A DNA stretch of 64,000 bases from NCBI RefSeq assembly GCF_009914755.1, contig NC_060935.1, one strand, 5' to 3'. This document shows, one piece after another, positions 39,220-52,079 of the stretch (its first letter is position 1; the number at the start of each line of letters is the position of its first letter). This stretch comes from the human T2T-CHM13v2.0 reference genome, Homo sapiens. Made by a program: the position numbers and the translations under genes. Below the pieces are notes generated by a model. It did no database searches. It was not told where the DNA came from and saw only the letters and a program-made list of their open reading frames with translations.

Positions 39220-39954
39220 TTACATTTCGGCATGATTTTGCAGTGGCTGGTACCGGTTGTTCCTTTCCATGTTTAGTGCTTCCTTCAGGAGTTCTTGTAA
39301 GGCAGGCCTGGTGGTGACAAAATCTCTGAGCATTTGCTTGTCTTTAAAGTATTTTATTTCTCCTTCACTTATGAAGCTAAATTTGGCTGGATATGAAATT
39401 CTGGGTTGAAAATTCTTTTCTTTAAGAATGTTGAATATTGGCCCCCACTCTCTTCTGGCTTGTAGGGTTTCTGCCGAGAGATCCGCTGTTAGCCTGATGG
39501 GCTTCCCTTTGAGGGTAACCCGACCTTTCTCTCTGGCTGCCCTTAACATTTTTTCCTTCATTTCCACTTTGGTGAATCTGACAATTATGTGTCTTGGAGT
39601 TGCTCTTCTCGAGGAGTATCTTTGTGGCATTCTCTGTATTTCCTGAATCTGAACTTTGGCCTGCCTTGCTAGATTGGGGAAGTTCTCCTGGATAATATCC
39701 TGCAGAGTGTTTTCCAACTTGGTTCCATTCTCCCCATCACTTTCAGGTACACCAATCAGACGTAGATTTCATCTTTTCACATAGTCCCATATTTCTTGCA
39801 GGCTTTGCTCATTTCTTTTTATTCTTTTTTCTCTAGACTTCCCTTCTCACTTCATTTCATTCATTTCATCTTCTATCACTGATACTCTTTCTTCCAGTTG
39901 ATCGCATTGGCTCCTGAGGCTTCTGCATTCTTCAAGTAGTTCTCGAGCCTTGGT
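39220..39954 (-). pseudogene. L1#3 ORF1p C-terminal portion
   Basis: ENTLQDIIQENFPNLARQ...RREWGPIF...PLQNHAEM; separated from its N-terminus by the inversion. Confidence 0.9.
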
Positions 39955-40854
39955 GAGCCAAGAAGGCCGAATAGGAACAGCTCTAGTCTATAGCTCCCAG
40001 CGTGAGCGACGCAGAGGACGGGTGATTTCTGCATTTCCATCTGAGGTACCGGGTTCTTCTCACTAGGGAGTGCCAGACAGTGGGCGCAGGTCAGTGGGTG
40101 TGTGCACCGTGCGTGAGCCGAAGCAGGGCGAGGCATTGCCTCACTTAGGAAGCGCAAGGGGTCAGGGAGTTCCCTTTCTGGGTCAAAGAAAGGGGTGACG
40201 GTCGGCACCTGGAAAATTGGGTCACTCCCACCCGAATACAGCGCTTTTCCGATGGGCTTAAAAAACGGTGCACCACGAGATTATATCCCGCACATGGCTC
40301 AGAGGGTCTTACGCCCACGGAGTCTCACTGATTGCTATCACAGCAGTCTGCGATCAAACTGCAAGGCGGCAGCAAGTCTGGGGGAGGGGCGCCCGCCATT
40401 GCCCAGGCTTGCTTAGGTAAACAAAGCAGCCTGGAAGCTCGAACTGGGTGGAGCCCACCACAGCTCAAGGAGGCCTTCCTGCCTCTGTAGGCTCCACCTC
40501 TGGGGGCACGGCACAGACAAACAAAAAGACAGCAGTAACTACTGCAGACTTAAATGTCCCTGTCTGACAGCTTTGAAGAGAGCAGTGGTTCTCCCAGCAT
40601 GCAGCTGGAGATCTGAGAACGGGCAGACTGCCTCCTCAAGTGGGTCCCTGACCCCTGACACCCGAGCAGCCTAACTGGGAGGCACCCCCCAGCAGGGGCA
40701 CACTGACACCTCACACAGCAGGGTATTCCAACAGACCTGCAGCTGAGGGTCCTGTCTGTTAGAGGGAAAACTAAGAAACAGAAAAGACATCCACACCAAA
40801 AACCCATCCGTACATCACCATCATCAAAGACCAAAAGTAGATAAAAGCACAAAG
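39955..40854 (+). promoter_or_regulatory. L1#3 5'UTR / CpG-rich internal promoter, inverted relative to the element body
   Basis: gagccaagaaggccgaataggaacagct...cccagcgtgagcgacgcag...; many CpGs retained; short-form junction gggtattccaacagacc at 40721. Confidence 0.9.
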
Positions 40855-41172
40855 ATGGGGAAAAAACAGAACAGAAAAACTGGAAACTCTAAAACGCAGA
40901 GTGCCTCTCCTCCTCCAAAGGAACACAGTTCCTCACCAGCAACGGAACAAAGCTGGATGGAGAATGACTTTGACGAGCTGAGAGAAGAAGGCTTCAGTCG
41001 ATCAAATTACTGTGAGCTACGGGAGGACATTCAAACCAAAGGCAAAGAAGTTGAAAACTTTGAAAAAAATTTAGAAGAATGTATAACTAGAAACATTGTT
41101 TTCTTCCATTCTGAGGATGGAGATTTGGAACTCATTGAGGCCAAATGCGAAAAAGTGAATATCCCAGGATAA
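40855..41172 (+). pseudogene. L1#3 ORF1p N-terminus (~79 aa) fused in frame to alpha satellite (~26 aa)
   Basis: MGKKQNRKTGNSKTQSASPPPKE...LEECITR joined to NIVFFHSEDGDLELIEAKCEKVNIPG*. Confidence 0.8.
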
Positions 41173-44100
41173 AAACTAGAAGGAAGTTATCTGAGAAACT
41201 GATTTCTGATGTGTGCATTAATCTCACAGAATTAAACTTTTCTTTTCATTCAAGAGTTTGGAAACACTTTTTTTGTAGAATCTTTGAAGAGATATTTGGT
41301 AGTGCTTTGAGGCCTGAGTTGAGAAAGGAATTTTCTTCAGATAAAAACTAGAAAGAAGCTTTCTGATAAACTGCTTTGTGATACATGCATTCATCCCACA
41401 CAGTTAAAACTGTCTTTGGATTCAGCAGTTTGATAACACTGTTTTTGTCCATTCTGTGAAAGGACATTTGGGAGCTCATTGAAGCCAACACCAAAAAAGC
41501 GAATATCGCAGTATAAACTAGAAGGAGCTATCTGTGAAACCAATTTGTGATGTGTGCATTCATCTCACAGAGTTAAACCTTTCTTTTCATTCAGCAGTTT
41601 GGAAACACTTTTTTCAAAGAATCTGTGAACAGATATTTGGTAGTGCATTGAGGCCTATGGTGAAAAAGAAAATATCTTCAGATAAATAATAGAAAGAAGC
41701 TTAAAGAGAGACTACTTTGGGTTGTGTGCATTCATCTCACAGCGTTAACCCATTCTTTAGATTCAGCAGTTTGTTAACACGTTTTTTGCCCATCCTGTGA
41801 ATGTACATTTGGGAGCTCTTTGAGAACAATGGCAAAAAAGTGAATATGTCAGGATGAAAACTAGAAGGAAGGTATCTGAGAAACAGCTTTGTGATGTGTG
41901 TATTCATCTCTCTGACTTAAACATTTTTTTTCATTCATCTATTTGGAAACACTCTTTTCTTAGAATCTGTGAAGAGATATTTGGAGGAGTATGGATGCCT
42001 ATGGTGAAAAAGGAAATATCTTCAGATAAAAATTAGAAAGAAGCTTAGTGAGAAACTGATTTTGGATTTGTGCCTTCATCTCAGAGAGTTAAACCTTTCT
42101 TTGCATACAGAACTTTCGTAGCACTGTTTTTGTCCATTGTGCAAACTTACATTTGGGAGCTCATTGTGGCCAGTGGCAAAAAACTAAATATACAAGGATA
42201 AAAACTAGAAGGAAGCTATCTGATATACCATGTTGTGATGTCTGCATTTATCTCATGGTGTTAAACGTTTCACCTCATTCAGCAGTATGGAAACACTGTC
42301 TTCCTAGAATCTGGGAAGAGATATTTGGAAGAGTATGGAAGCCCATGGTGAAAAAGGAAATGTCTTCAGAAAAAAACTAGAAAGAAGCTTAATGATAACC
42401 CTGTTTGGCATGTGTGCATTCATCTCAGAGAGTTAAACCTTTCTTTCAATTCAGCAGTTTGGTAACACTGTTTTTGTCCATTCTGTGAATGGACATTTGG
42501 GAGCTCATTGAGGCCAAAGGCAAAAAAGTGAATATCCCAGGATAAAAACTAGAAGGAAGTTATCTGAGAAACAGCTTTGTGATGTGTGCATTCATCTCAC
42601 TGAGCTAAACCTTTCTTCTCATTTGGGAGTTGCAAAACACTGCTTTCTTAGAATCTGGGAAGAGATATAAGGTAGTGCAATGAGGACTATTGTGAATAGT
42701 AAATATCTTCAGATAAAAACTAGAAAGAAGCTTAACGAGAAACTGCTTTGTGATGTGTCCATTCATCTCAGAGAGTGAAACCTTTCTTTAGATTCACAGT
42801 TTGGAAACACTGTTTTTGCCTATTCTGCGAAAGGACATTTTGGAACTCATTGAGGCCAAAGGCAAAAAAGCCAATACCCCAGGATAAAAACTAGAAGGAA
42901 GCTATCTGAGAAACAGCTTTGTGATGTGTGTATTCATCTTGCAGAATTAAACCTTTCTTTTCTTTCAGCAGTTTGGAAACACTGTTTTCTTAGAATCTGC
43001 AAAGAGATATTTGAAAGCCTATGGAGGCCTATGGTGAAAAAGGAAATATCTTCAGATAAAAATTAGAAAGAAGTTTAATGTGAAACTTGTTTGGGATGTG
43101 TGTGTTCATCTCACAGAGTTAAAACTTTCTTTGGATTCAGCACTTTTGTAACACTGTTTTTGTCCAATGTGGAAACATTTGGGAGCTCATTGAGACCAAT
43201 GGCGAAAAAGCAAATATCCAAGGATAAAAAGTGGAAGGAAGCTATTTGAGAAACTGCATTGTGATGCATGCATTTATCTCACCATGTTAAACGTTTCTCC
43301 TCATTCAGCAGTATGCAAATACTGTTTTCCTAGAATCTGGGAAGAGATATTTGGAAGAGTATGGAGGCCCATGGTGAAAAATAAATATCTTCAGATAGAA
43401 ACTAGAAAGAAGATTAATGATAAACTGGTTTGGGATGTGTGCATTCATCTCAGAGAACTAAACCTTTCTTTCAATTCAGCAGTTTGGTAACACAGTTTTG
43501 TCTGTTCTGTGAATTTACATTTGGAAGCTCATTGAATCCAATGGCAAAAAAGCAAATATCCCAGGATAAAAACTAGAAGGAAGTTATCTTAGCAACTAAT
43601 TTGTGATATGTGCATTCATCTCACAGAGTTAAAACTTTCTTTTTCTTCTGGAGCTTGGAAACACTGTTTTCTTAGAATCTGTGATGACATATTTGGTAGC
43701 ACAATGAGGACTATGGTGAATAGTAAATTCCAGATAAAAACTAGACAGAAGCTTAATGAGAAACTGCCTTGGGATGTGTTCATTCATCTCAGAGAGTGAA
43801 CACTTTCTTTAGATTCACAGTTTGGAAACACGGTTTTTGGCCATTCTGTGAGTGGACATTTGGGAACTCATTGAGGTCAATGGCAAAAAAGCAAATATCC
43901 CATGATAAAAACTAGAAGGAAGCTATCTTAGAAACAGCTTTGTGGTGTGTGTATTCATTTCACAGAGTTAAACAGTCTTTTCATTCAGCAGTTTGGAAAC
44001 CCTGTTTTTGTAGAATCTGTGAAAGCATATTTGGCAGTTCATTGAGGCCTATGGTGAAAAAGGAAATACCTTTAGATAAAAAGTAGAAAGTAGATTTCTG

Positions 44101-44947
44101 AGAAACTGCTTTCTGATGTGTTCATTCATCACACAGAGTTAAACCTTCATTTTGATTCAGCAGTTTGGAAACACTGTTTTTTCCATTTGCAAATGGATAT
44201 TTGGGAGCTCATTGAGGCCAAAGGCGAAAAAGTGAATATCCCAGGATAAAAACAAGAAGGAAGTTACAGAAGAAACCGATTTGTGATGTGTGCATTCAAC
44301 TCACAACGTTAAAACTTTCTTTTACCTTGAGTTTGGAAACACTATGTTTTTAGAATCTGTGAATAGACATTTGGAAGAGTATGCAGGCTTACGTGGGAAA
44401 GGAAATATCTTCAGATAAAAACCAGAAAGAAGCATAATGGGAAAATGGTTTGTGATGTGTTCATTCATCTCACAGAAATAAAGCCTTATTTGGATTCAGC
44501 AGTTTGTTAACACTGTTTTTGTCCATTCTGCGAATGGACATTTGTGAGATCATTGAGGCCAATGACAAAAAAGTGAATATCACAGAAAAAAACCTAAAGG
44601 GAAGTTACCTGAGAAATCGATCTGTGATGTGTGCATTCATCTCACAGTGTTAAAATTTTCTTTGAATTCACAGTTTGATAACACTGTTTTTGTCCATTCT
44701 GCAAATGGACATTAGGGAGCTCATTGAGGCCAATGGCAAAAAAGTGAGTATCCCAGAATAAAAACCAGAAGGAAGCTATCTGAGAAACCGCTTTGTGATG
44801 TGTGCATTCATCTCACAGAGTTAAAAGTTTCTTAACATTCAGCTGTTTGGAAACACTGTTTTTGTAGAATCTGCGAAGGGATATTTAACAGCACATTGAG
44901 GCCTACAATGAAAAAGGAAATATCTTCAGAAAAAAATAGAAAGAAGC
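41090..44947 (+). repeat. Alpha satellite, dimeric, containing a 6-monomer tandem duplication
   Basis: Regular alternation of the two monomer types; private variants recur at ~1026-bp spacing. Confidence 0.96.
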
Positions 44948-45953
44948 TGTGGGCAGCAAGACACTCAGGCACCGAGGCAAGAGACAGAGGACACGAGCTG
45001 TTCCAGTATAATAAAATATAAAACAAGAATAGTTATACCAGATATAGATCTTAGATATGATTATATATGAATATTATTAATCATTAGTTTGTAGCAATTA
45101 CTCTTTATTCCAATAGTATAATAATCCTTGCTCTATCATCATGGCCTAGGAAAAACCAGGCCATACAGAGATAGGAGCTGAGGGGACATAGTGAGGTGTG
45201 ACCAGAAGACAAGAGTGCAAGCCTTCTGTTATGCCCAGACAGGGCCACCAGAGGGCTCCTTGGTCTAGTAGTAATGCCAGTGTCTGGGAAGATGCCCGTT
45301 ACCAGGTGGACCGTGGTCCAGCAGTAGGGAAAGGTGTCAAGGAACAACACCCACTACTTAGCAGACAGGGAAAGGGGGGAGTCTGCCTTTCCCCGGGGTA
45401 GTTTAGAGAAGACTCTGCTCCTCCAACTCTTGTGGAGGGTCTGACCTCAGTCAGGCTTGCCCGCAGTTATCCGGAGGCCTAACCATCTCCCTGTGATGCT
45501 GTGCTTCAGTGGTCACACTCCTAGTCTGCCTTCATGTTCCATCCTGTACACCTGGCTCTGCCTTCTAGATAACAGTAGTAAATTAGTGAAAATACTAATA
45601 GTCCCTGAAAGGCAGAAATAATGGCATAAGCTGTCTTTCTCTCTGTTTCCTCTCCTTCTCTGCCTTGGCTGCCAGGCAGGGAAGGGTCCCCTGTCCAGTG
45701 GACACGTGACACACGTGACCTTACCTATCATTGGAGGTGACTCACATTCTTTACCTGGCCACTTCTGCCTTTTATCCAATAAATAACAGTGCAGCCAGAC
45801 ATTCGGGGCCACTACTGGTCTCCACACATTGGTGGTAGTGGTCCCCCAGGCCCAGCTGCCTTTTCTATTATCTGTCTTGTGTCTTTATTTCTACACTCTC
45901 TCATTGCCACACACAGGGAAAGATCCACCGACCCTGTGGGGTTGGTCCCTACA
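44948..45953 (+). mobile_element. Solo LTR13 (HERV-K13/HML-4 group)
   Basis: TG...CA termini (tgtgggcagcaag...ggtccctaca), 1006 bp. Characteristic gaggacacgagctgttccagtataataaaatataaaacaagaatagttataccagatatagatcttag. AATAAA at 45778. TSD gaagc (44943-44947 and 45954-45958). Confidence 0.88.
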
Positions 45954-48900
45954 GAAGCTTTCTGAGAAACTACTTTTTGATGTGTTTATTCATCTGAAAG
46001 AGTCAAACCTTTCTTTGGACTCGGCAGTTTGGAAACAGTGTTTTTGTCCATTCCACAAAGTGACATTTGGGAGCTCTTTGAGGCCAATGGCAAAAAAGTG
46101 AATATCCCAGGATAAAAACTAGATGGAAGTAATCTGAGAAACAGCTTTGCGATGTGTGCATTCATCTCACAGAGTTAACCTTTCTTTTGATTCAGCAGTT
46201 TGGAAACACTTTTTTTGCAGAATCCGTGTAGGGATATTTGGCAGCGCATGGAGGCCTAAGGGGAAAAACGAATTATCTTCAGAGAAAAACTGGAAAGAAT
46301 CTTTCTGAGAAACTGTTCTGTGATGTGTTCCTTCACCTCACAGAGTTAAACTTTCTTTGGATTCGGCAGTTTGTTAACACTGTTTTGGGGCATTCTGCTG
46401 ATGGACTTTTGGGAGCTCATTGAGGCCAATGGCAAAAAAGTGAATATCTCAGGATAAAAACTAGAATCACATTACATGATAAACCTTTACTGATATGTGC
46501 ATTCATGTCACAGACTTTATCCTTTCTTTTCATTAAGCAGTTTGGAAACACTGTTTTCATAGAATCTGTGAAGAGATATTTTGTAGCGGGATGAGGACTA
46601 TGTGAAAAAGGAAATATCTTCAGACAAAAACTAGATAGAACCTTTCTTAGAGACTACTTTGCGTTGTGTGCATTCATCTCCCAGAGTTAAACCTTTCTTT
46701 TCATTCAGCAGTTTAGAAACCCTGCTTTCTTAGAATCTATGAAGAGATACTTGGTAGCACAATGAGGCCCATGGTGAAAAAGGAAATATGTTCAGTTACA
46801 AACTTGAAACAACATTTCTGAGAGACTGCTTTGTGATGTATGCATTCATCTCACAGAGTTAAACCTTTCTTTGGATTCAACAGTTTTGTAACATTGTTTT
46901 TGTCCATTCTGCGAGTGGACATTTGGGAGCTCTTTGAAGCCACTGGAGAAAAAGTGAGTATCCCAGGAAAAAAACTAGAAGGAAGTCATCTGAGAAAATG
47001 CTTTGTGATCTGTGCAATCATCTTGCAGAGATAAACCTTTCTTTTATTCAGTAGTTTGGAATTGGTTTTTGTAGAGTCTATGTAGGGATATTTGGCAGGG
47101 CATTGAGGCCTATGGTGAAAAAGGAATTTTCTTCAGAGAAAAACTAGAAAGAAGCTTTTCTGAGAAACTGTTTTGTGATGTGTTCATTCAGCTCACAGAT
47201 TTAAAACTTTCTTTGGATTCAGCAGTTTGGAAACACTGTTTTTGTCCATTCTGCAAAAGGACGTTTGGGAGCTTATTGAGGCCAATGGCAAAAAAGCAAA
47301 TATCTGAAGATAAAAACTAGGAGCACATTATGTGAGAAACCGATTTGTGATGTGTGCATTCATCTCACAGAGTTAAACCTTTCCTTTCATTCAGCAGTTT
47401 GGAAACACTGTTTTCTTAGAATCTGCTAAGGGATATTTTGTAGCACAATGAGGACTATGGTGAAAAAGGAAATAGCTTCAGATAAAAACTAGAAAGCCTT
47501 TCTGACAGACTGCTTCGTGATATCTTCATTCACCTCACAATGTTAAACCTTTCTTTGTATTCAGCAGTTTTATAACACTGTTTTTGTCCATTCGGCAAAT
47601 GGACATTTGGGAGCTCATTGGGGCCGATGGTGAAAAGGTGATTGTCCCAAGATAAAAACCAAAAGGAAAATATCTGAGAAAACGCTTTGTGATGTATGCA
47701 TTCATCAAACAGTGTTAAACCTTTCTTTTCATTCAGCAGTTTGGAAAAACTGTTTTTGGAGAATCTGTGAAGGGATATTGGGGAACACATTGACTTCAAT
47801 GCTGAAAAAGGAATTTTCTTCACATAAAAACTAGAAAGAAGCTTTCTGAGAGACTGCTTTGTGATGGTTTCGTTAATGTCACAGACTTAAAGTTTTTTTT
47901 GGATTCAGCCGTTTGTAAATACTCTTTTTGTCCATTCTGTGAATAGACATTTGGGAGTTCATTTAGACCAATTGTGAAAAAGTAAATATCCTTGGATAAA
48001 AAAGAGGATGAAACTATCTGAGAAACCTCTTTGTGATGTCTGCATTCATCTCAAAGGTTTAAACATTTCTTTTCATTCAGTAGTTTGGAAACACTGTTTT
48101 CTTTGAATCTGTGCAGAGATAATTTGTAGCTCATTGAGGCCTATGGTGAAAGAGGAAATACTTTCAGATAAAAACTAGAAAGAAGCTTAATGAAAAACTG
48201 CTTTAGGATGTGTGCATTCTTCTCACAGACTTAAACCTTTCTTAAGATTCAGCAGTTTTGTAACCTTGTTTTGTCCATTCTGTGAATGGGTATTTCGGAG
48301 CTCATTGAGGTCAAAGGTGAAAAAGTGAATATCCCAGGATAAAAAATAGAGGGAAGATATCTGAGAAACCCCTTTGTGTTGTCTGCATTCATTCACAGAG
48401 TTGAAAATGTCTTTTCTTTCAGCAGTTTGGAAACATTGTTTTTACAGAATCTGTGAAGGGCTATTTGCGAGTGCATTGAGGCCTCAGGTGAAAAGGGGAA
48501 TATATTCAGATAAAAACTAGAAAGAAGCTTTCAGAGAAACTGATTTGTAATGTGTTCATTTGTCTTACAGAGTTAAACCTTTCTTTGGATTCAGCAGTTT
48601 GGAAAGAGTGTTTTTGTCCATTCTGTGAATTAACATTTTGGAGCCCATTGAAGCCAATGGTGAAAAAAAGGATATCCCAGGATAAAAACTAAAAGCTGGT
48701 GATCTGGGAAGCTGATTTGTGATGTGTGCATTCATCTCACAGAATTAAAACTTTCTTTTCATTCAGTAGTTTGGAAAGAGTGTTTTTGTGGAATCTGCAA
48801 AGGGATATTTGGAATTGCATTGAAACCTATGATGAAAAGGAAATATCTACAGTTAAAAACTAGAAAGAAGCTTTCTGAGAAACTTCTTTGTGATGTCTGC

Positions 48901-51900
48901 ATGAAACTGCCAGAGTTAAACCTTTCTTTTCATTCACTAGTTTGGAAGCACTGTTTTTGTAGAATCTGCTACGGGATATTTGGGAGTGCTTTGAGGCCTA
49001 GGGTTCAAAAGGATATATCTTCAGATAAAAACTAGAAAGACACTTTCTGAGAAACTACTTTGTGATGCCTTCAGTCACCTCACAGCATTAACATTTCTTT
49101 GGATTCAGCTGTTTGGAAACACTGTTTTTGTCCATTCTGCAAATGGATTTGTGGGAACTCATTGAGGCCAATGGTGAAAATGCATGTAGCCCAGGATAAA
49201 AACTAGAAGGAATTTATCTGAGAAACCCCTTTGTGATGTGCACATTCATCTTATAGAGTTCAACCTTTCCCTTCAATCAGCAGTTTGGAAACATTGTTTT
49301 TGTACAATCTGTGAAGAGATATTTGGGAGCACATTGAGGCCTATGGTGAAAAAGTAAATATATTCAGATAAAAAGCAGAAAGAAGCTTGCTGAGAAACTT
49401 CTTTGTGGTGTGTTCATTCATCTTGCAGAGTTAAACCATTCTTTGTATTCAGCAGTTTGTTAACACTGTTTTTGTCCATTTTGTGAATGGACATAGGGAA
49501 GCTCATTGAGACCTATGTCAAAAAAGTGAATATCCAAGTATGAAAAAATAGAAGGAAGCTCTCTGGGAAACCAATTTGTGATGTGTGCATTCCTCTCACA
49601 GAGTTAAACCTTTCTTTTCATTCAGCAGTTTGGAAACACTGTTTTCTTAGAATCTGTGAGGGGATATTTGGTAGTGCATTGAGTCCTATGGTGAAAAGGG
49701 AAATATCTTCAGATAAAAGCTAGAAAGACTCTTAAAGAAGCAGTCATCTCACATATTTAAACCTTTCTTTGGATTCAGGAGTTTGTAAACTCTGTTTTTG
49801 TTCATTTTGTGAATATACGTTTGGGAACTCATTGAGGCCAATGGCAAAAAAGTGAAAATCCCAAGATAAAAACTACAAAGAAGTTATCTGAGAAACGGGT
49901 TTGAGATGTGTGCATTCATCTCGCAGTGTTAAACCTTTCTTTTCACTCAACAGTTTGGAAACACTGTTTTCTGAGAATCTGTGAAGAGATATTTGTCAGC
50001 ACATTGAGGCCTATGGTGAAAAATGAAATAATTTCTGATAAAAAACAGAAAGAAGCTTAATGAGTTTAATAAGCTTTAATAAGTTTCGGTGTGTGCATTC
50101 ATCTCACAGAGTTAAACCTTTGTTTTAATTCAACAGTTTGGTAACCCTCTTTTTGCCCATTGTGAGAATGGACATTTCAGAGCTCATTGCTGCCAATGGC
50201 AAAAAAGTTAATATCCAGGATAAAAAGTAGAAGTAAGATATCTGAGAAACTGCTTTGTGATGTATGCATTTATCTCACAGAGTTAAACTTGTTTTTCATT
50301 CAGCAGTTTGGAAACACTGTTTTTGTTTCACAAATAACTCTGCAAAGAGTTATTTGGGAGCTCATTGGGGTCAAAGTCAAAAAAGCCAATATCCCAGGAT
50401 AAAAACTAGAATAAGCTTTGTGATATCTGCTTTGTGATATGTGCATTCATCTCACAGAGTGAAACGTTTCTTTTCATTCAGCAGTTTGGAAACACATTGT
50501 AGTAGAATCTGCAAAAGGATATATTGGGGCACATTGAGGACTATGGTGAAAAAGGAAATATCTTCATATAAATACTACAAAGAAGCCTTCTGAGAAATTG
50601 CTTTGTGATGTGTGCTTTCATGTCACAGAGTTAAACATTTCTTTGGATACAGCATTTGGGAAACACTGTTTCTGTCCTATGAATGGACATTTGGCAGCTC
50701 ATTGAGGCCAATGGCAGAAAAGTGAATATCCCAGGAAAAAAACTAGAAGGAACCTCTCTGAGAAACCACATTGTGATATGTGTATTCATCTCAAAGAGTT
50801 AAACCTTCCTTTTCATTCTGCAGTTTTGAAACATTGTTTTCATAGAATCTGTGAAGGGATATTTGGGGGTACATAGAGGCCTATGGTGAAAAAGAAAATA
50901 TTTTCAGTAAAAAACTACAAAGAATCTTTCTGAGAAACTGATTTGTGGTGTGTACATTCATCTCATAGAGTTAAATATTTCTTTGGATTCAGCAGTATGG
51001 AAACACTGTTTTTGTAGAATCTGCAAAAGGGTATTTAGGAGCTCTTTGAGGCCAAGACAAAAAAGCAAATATCCCAGGATAAAAACTAGAAGGAAACTGT
51101 CTGAGAAACGGCTTGGTTATGTGTGCATTCATCTGGCAGAGTTAAAATTTCTTTTAATTCAGCAGTTTGGAAACACTGTTTTGTAAAATCTGTGAAGGGG
51201 TATTTGGGAGACCATTGGGGCCTATGGTGAAAAATGAAATATGTTCAGATAAAAACTAGAAAGAAGCTTTCTGAGAAACTACTTTGAGATGTGTGCATTT
51301 GTCACAGAGAGTCAAACTTTTCTTTGGATTCAGCAGTTTAGAAACAATGTTTTTGTTCATTCTGTGCATGGACATTTGGGAGCTCATTGAGACCAATGGT
51401 GAAAAAGTGAATATTCCTGGATAAGATCTAGAAGGAAACTATCTGAGGTTGCTTTGTTATGTGTGCATTCATCTCACAGAGTTAAAACTTACTTTTCATT
51501 CAGCAGTTTGGAAAAACTGTATTTTAAAATCTGTGAATGGATATAAGGGAACACTTTGAGTCCTATAGTGAAAAAGGAAATATCTTCAGATGAAAACTAG
51601 AAAGTAGTGTTCTGAGAAGCAGCTTTGTGATGTGTGCACTCCTCTCACAGAGTTAAACCTTTCTTTCTATTCACCAGTTTGGAAACACTGTTTTTGTAGA
51701 ATCTGTGAAGGGATATTTGGGAGGTCATTGAGGCCAAAGGCAAAAAAGCAAACGTTGATCTCCCAAAGTTAAAATTTTCTTAACATTCAGCAGTTTGGAA
51801 ACTGTTTTTGTAGGATCTGCAAAGGTATATTTGGTTGCACATTGTGGCCTATGGCGAAAAAGAAATATCTTCAGGTAAAAACTACAAAGAAGCTTTCTGA

Positions 51901-52075
51901 GAAACTGCTTTATGAAAGGTGAATTCACCTCACAGAGCTATACGTTTCTTTGGATTCAGCAGTTTGGAAACACTGTTTTTGTCCATTCTGTGAATAGACA
52001 TTTGGGAGCTCATTGAGGACAATGGCAAAAAAGCAAATATCACAGGATAAAAACTGGAAGGAAGTTATATGAAAT
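45954..52075 (+). repeat. Alpha satellite, forward orientation
   Basis: Continues the monomer register after the LTR13 TSD. Confidence 0.96.
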
Positions 52076-52079
52076 ACTA

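Noticed and set aside
40325-40399. Intact ORF0 in L1#3 (and in L1#2 at 28318, minus strand)
   Set aside because: Both stop after 24 codons (CGA>TGA). As a CpG transition this recurs easily, so it was not counted as conversion evidence.
44388-44404. Possible CENP-B box (cttacgtgggaaaggaa)
   Set aside because: Lacks the TTCG and CGGG core bases. I saw no canonical box in the window (visual scan only).
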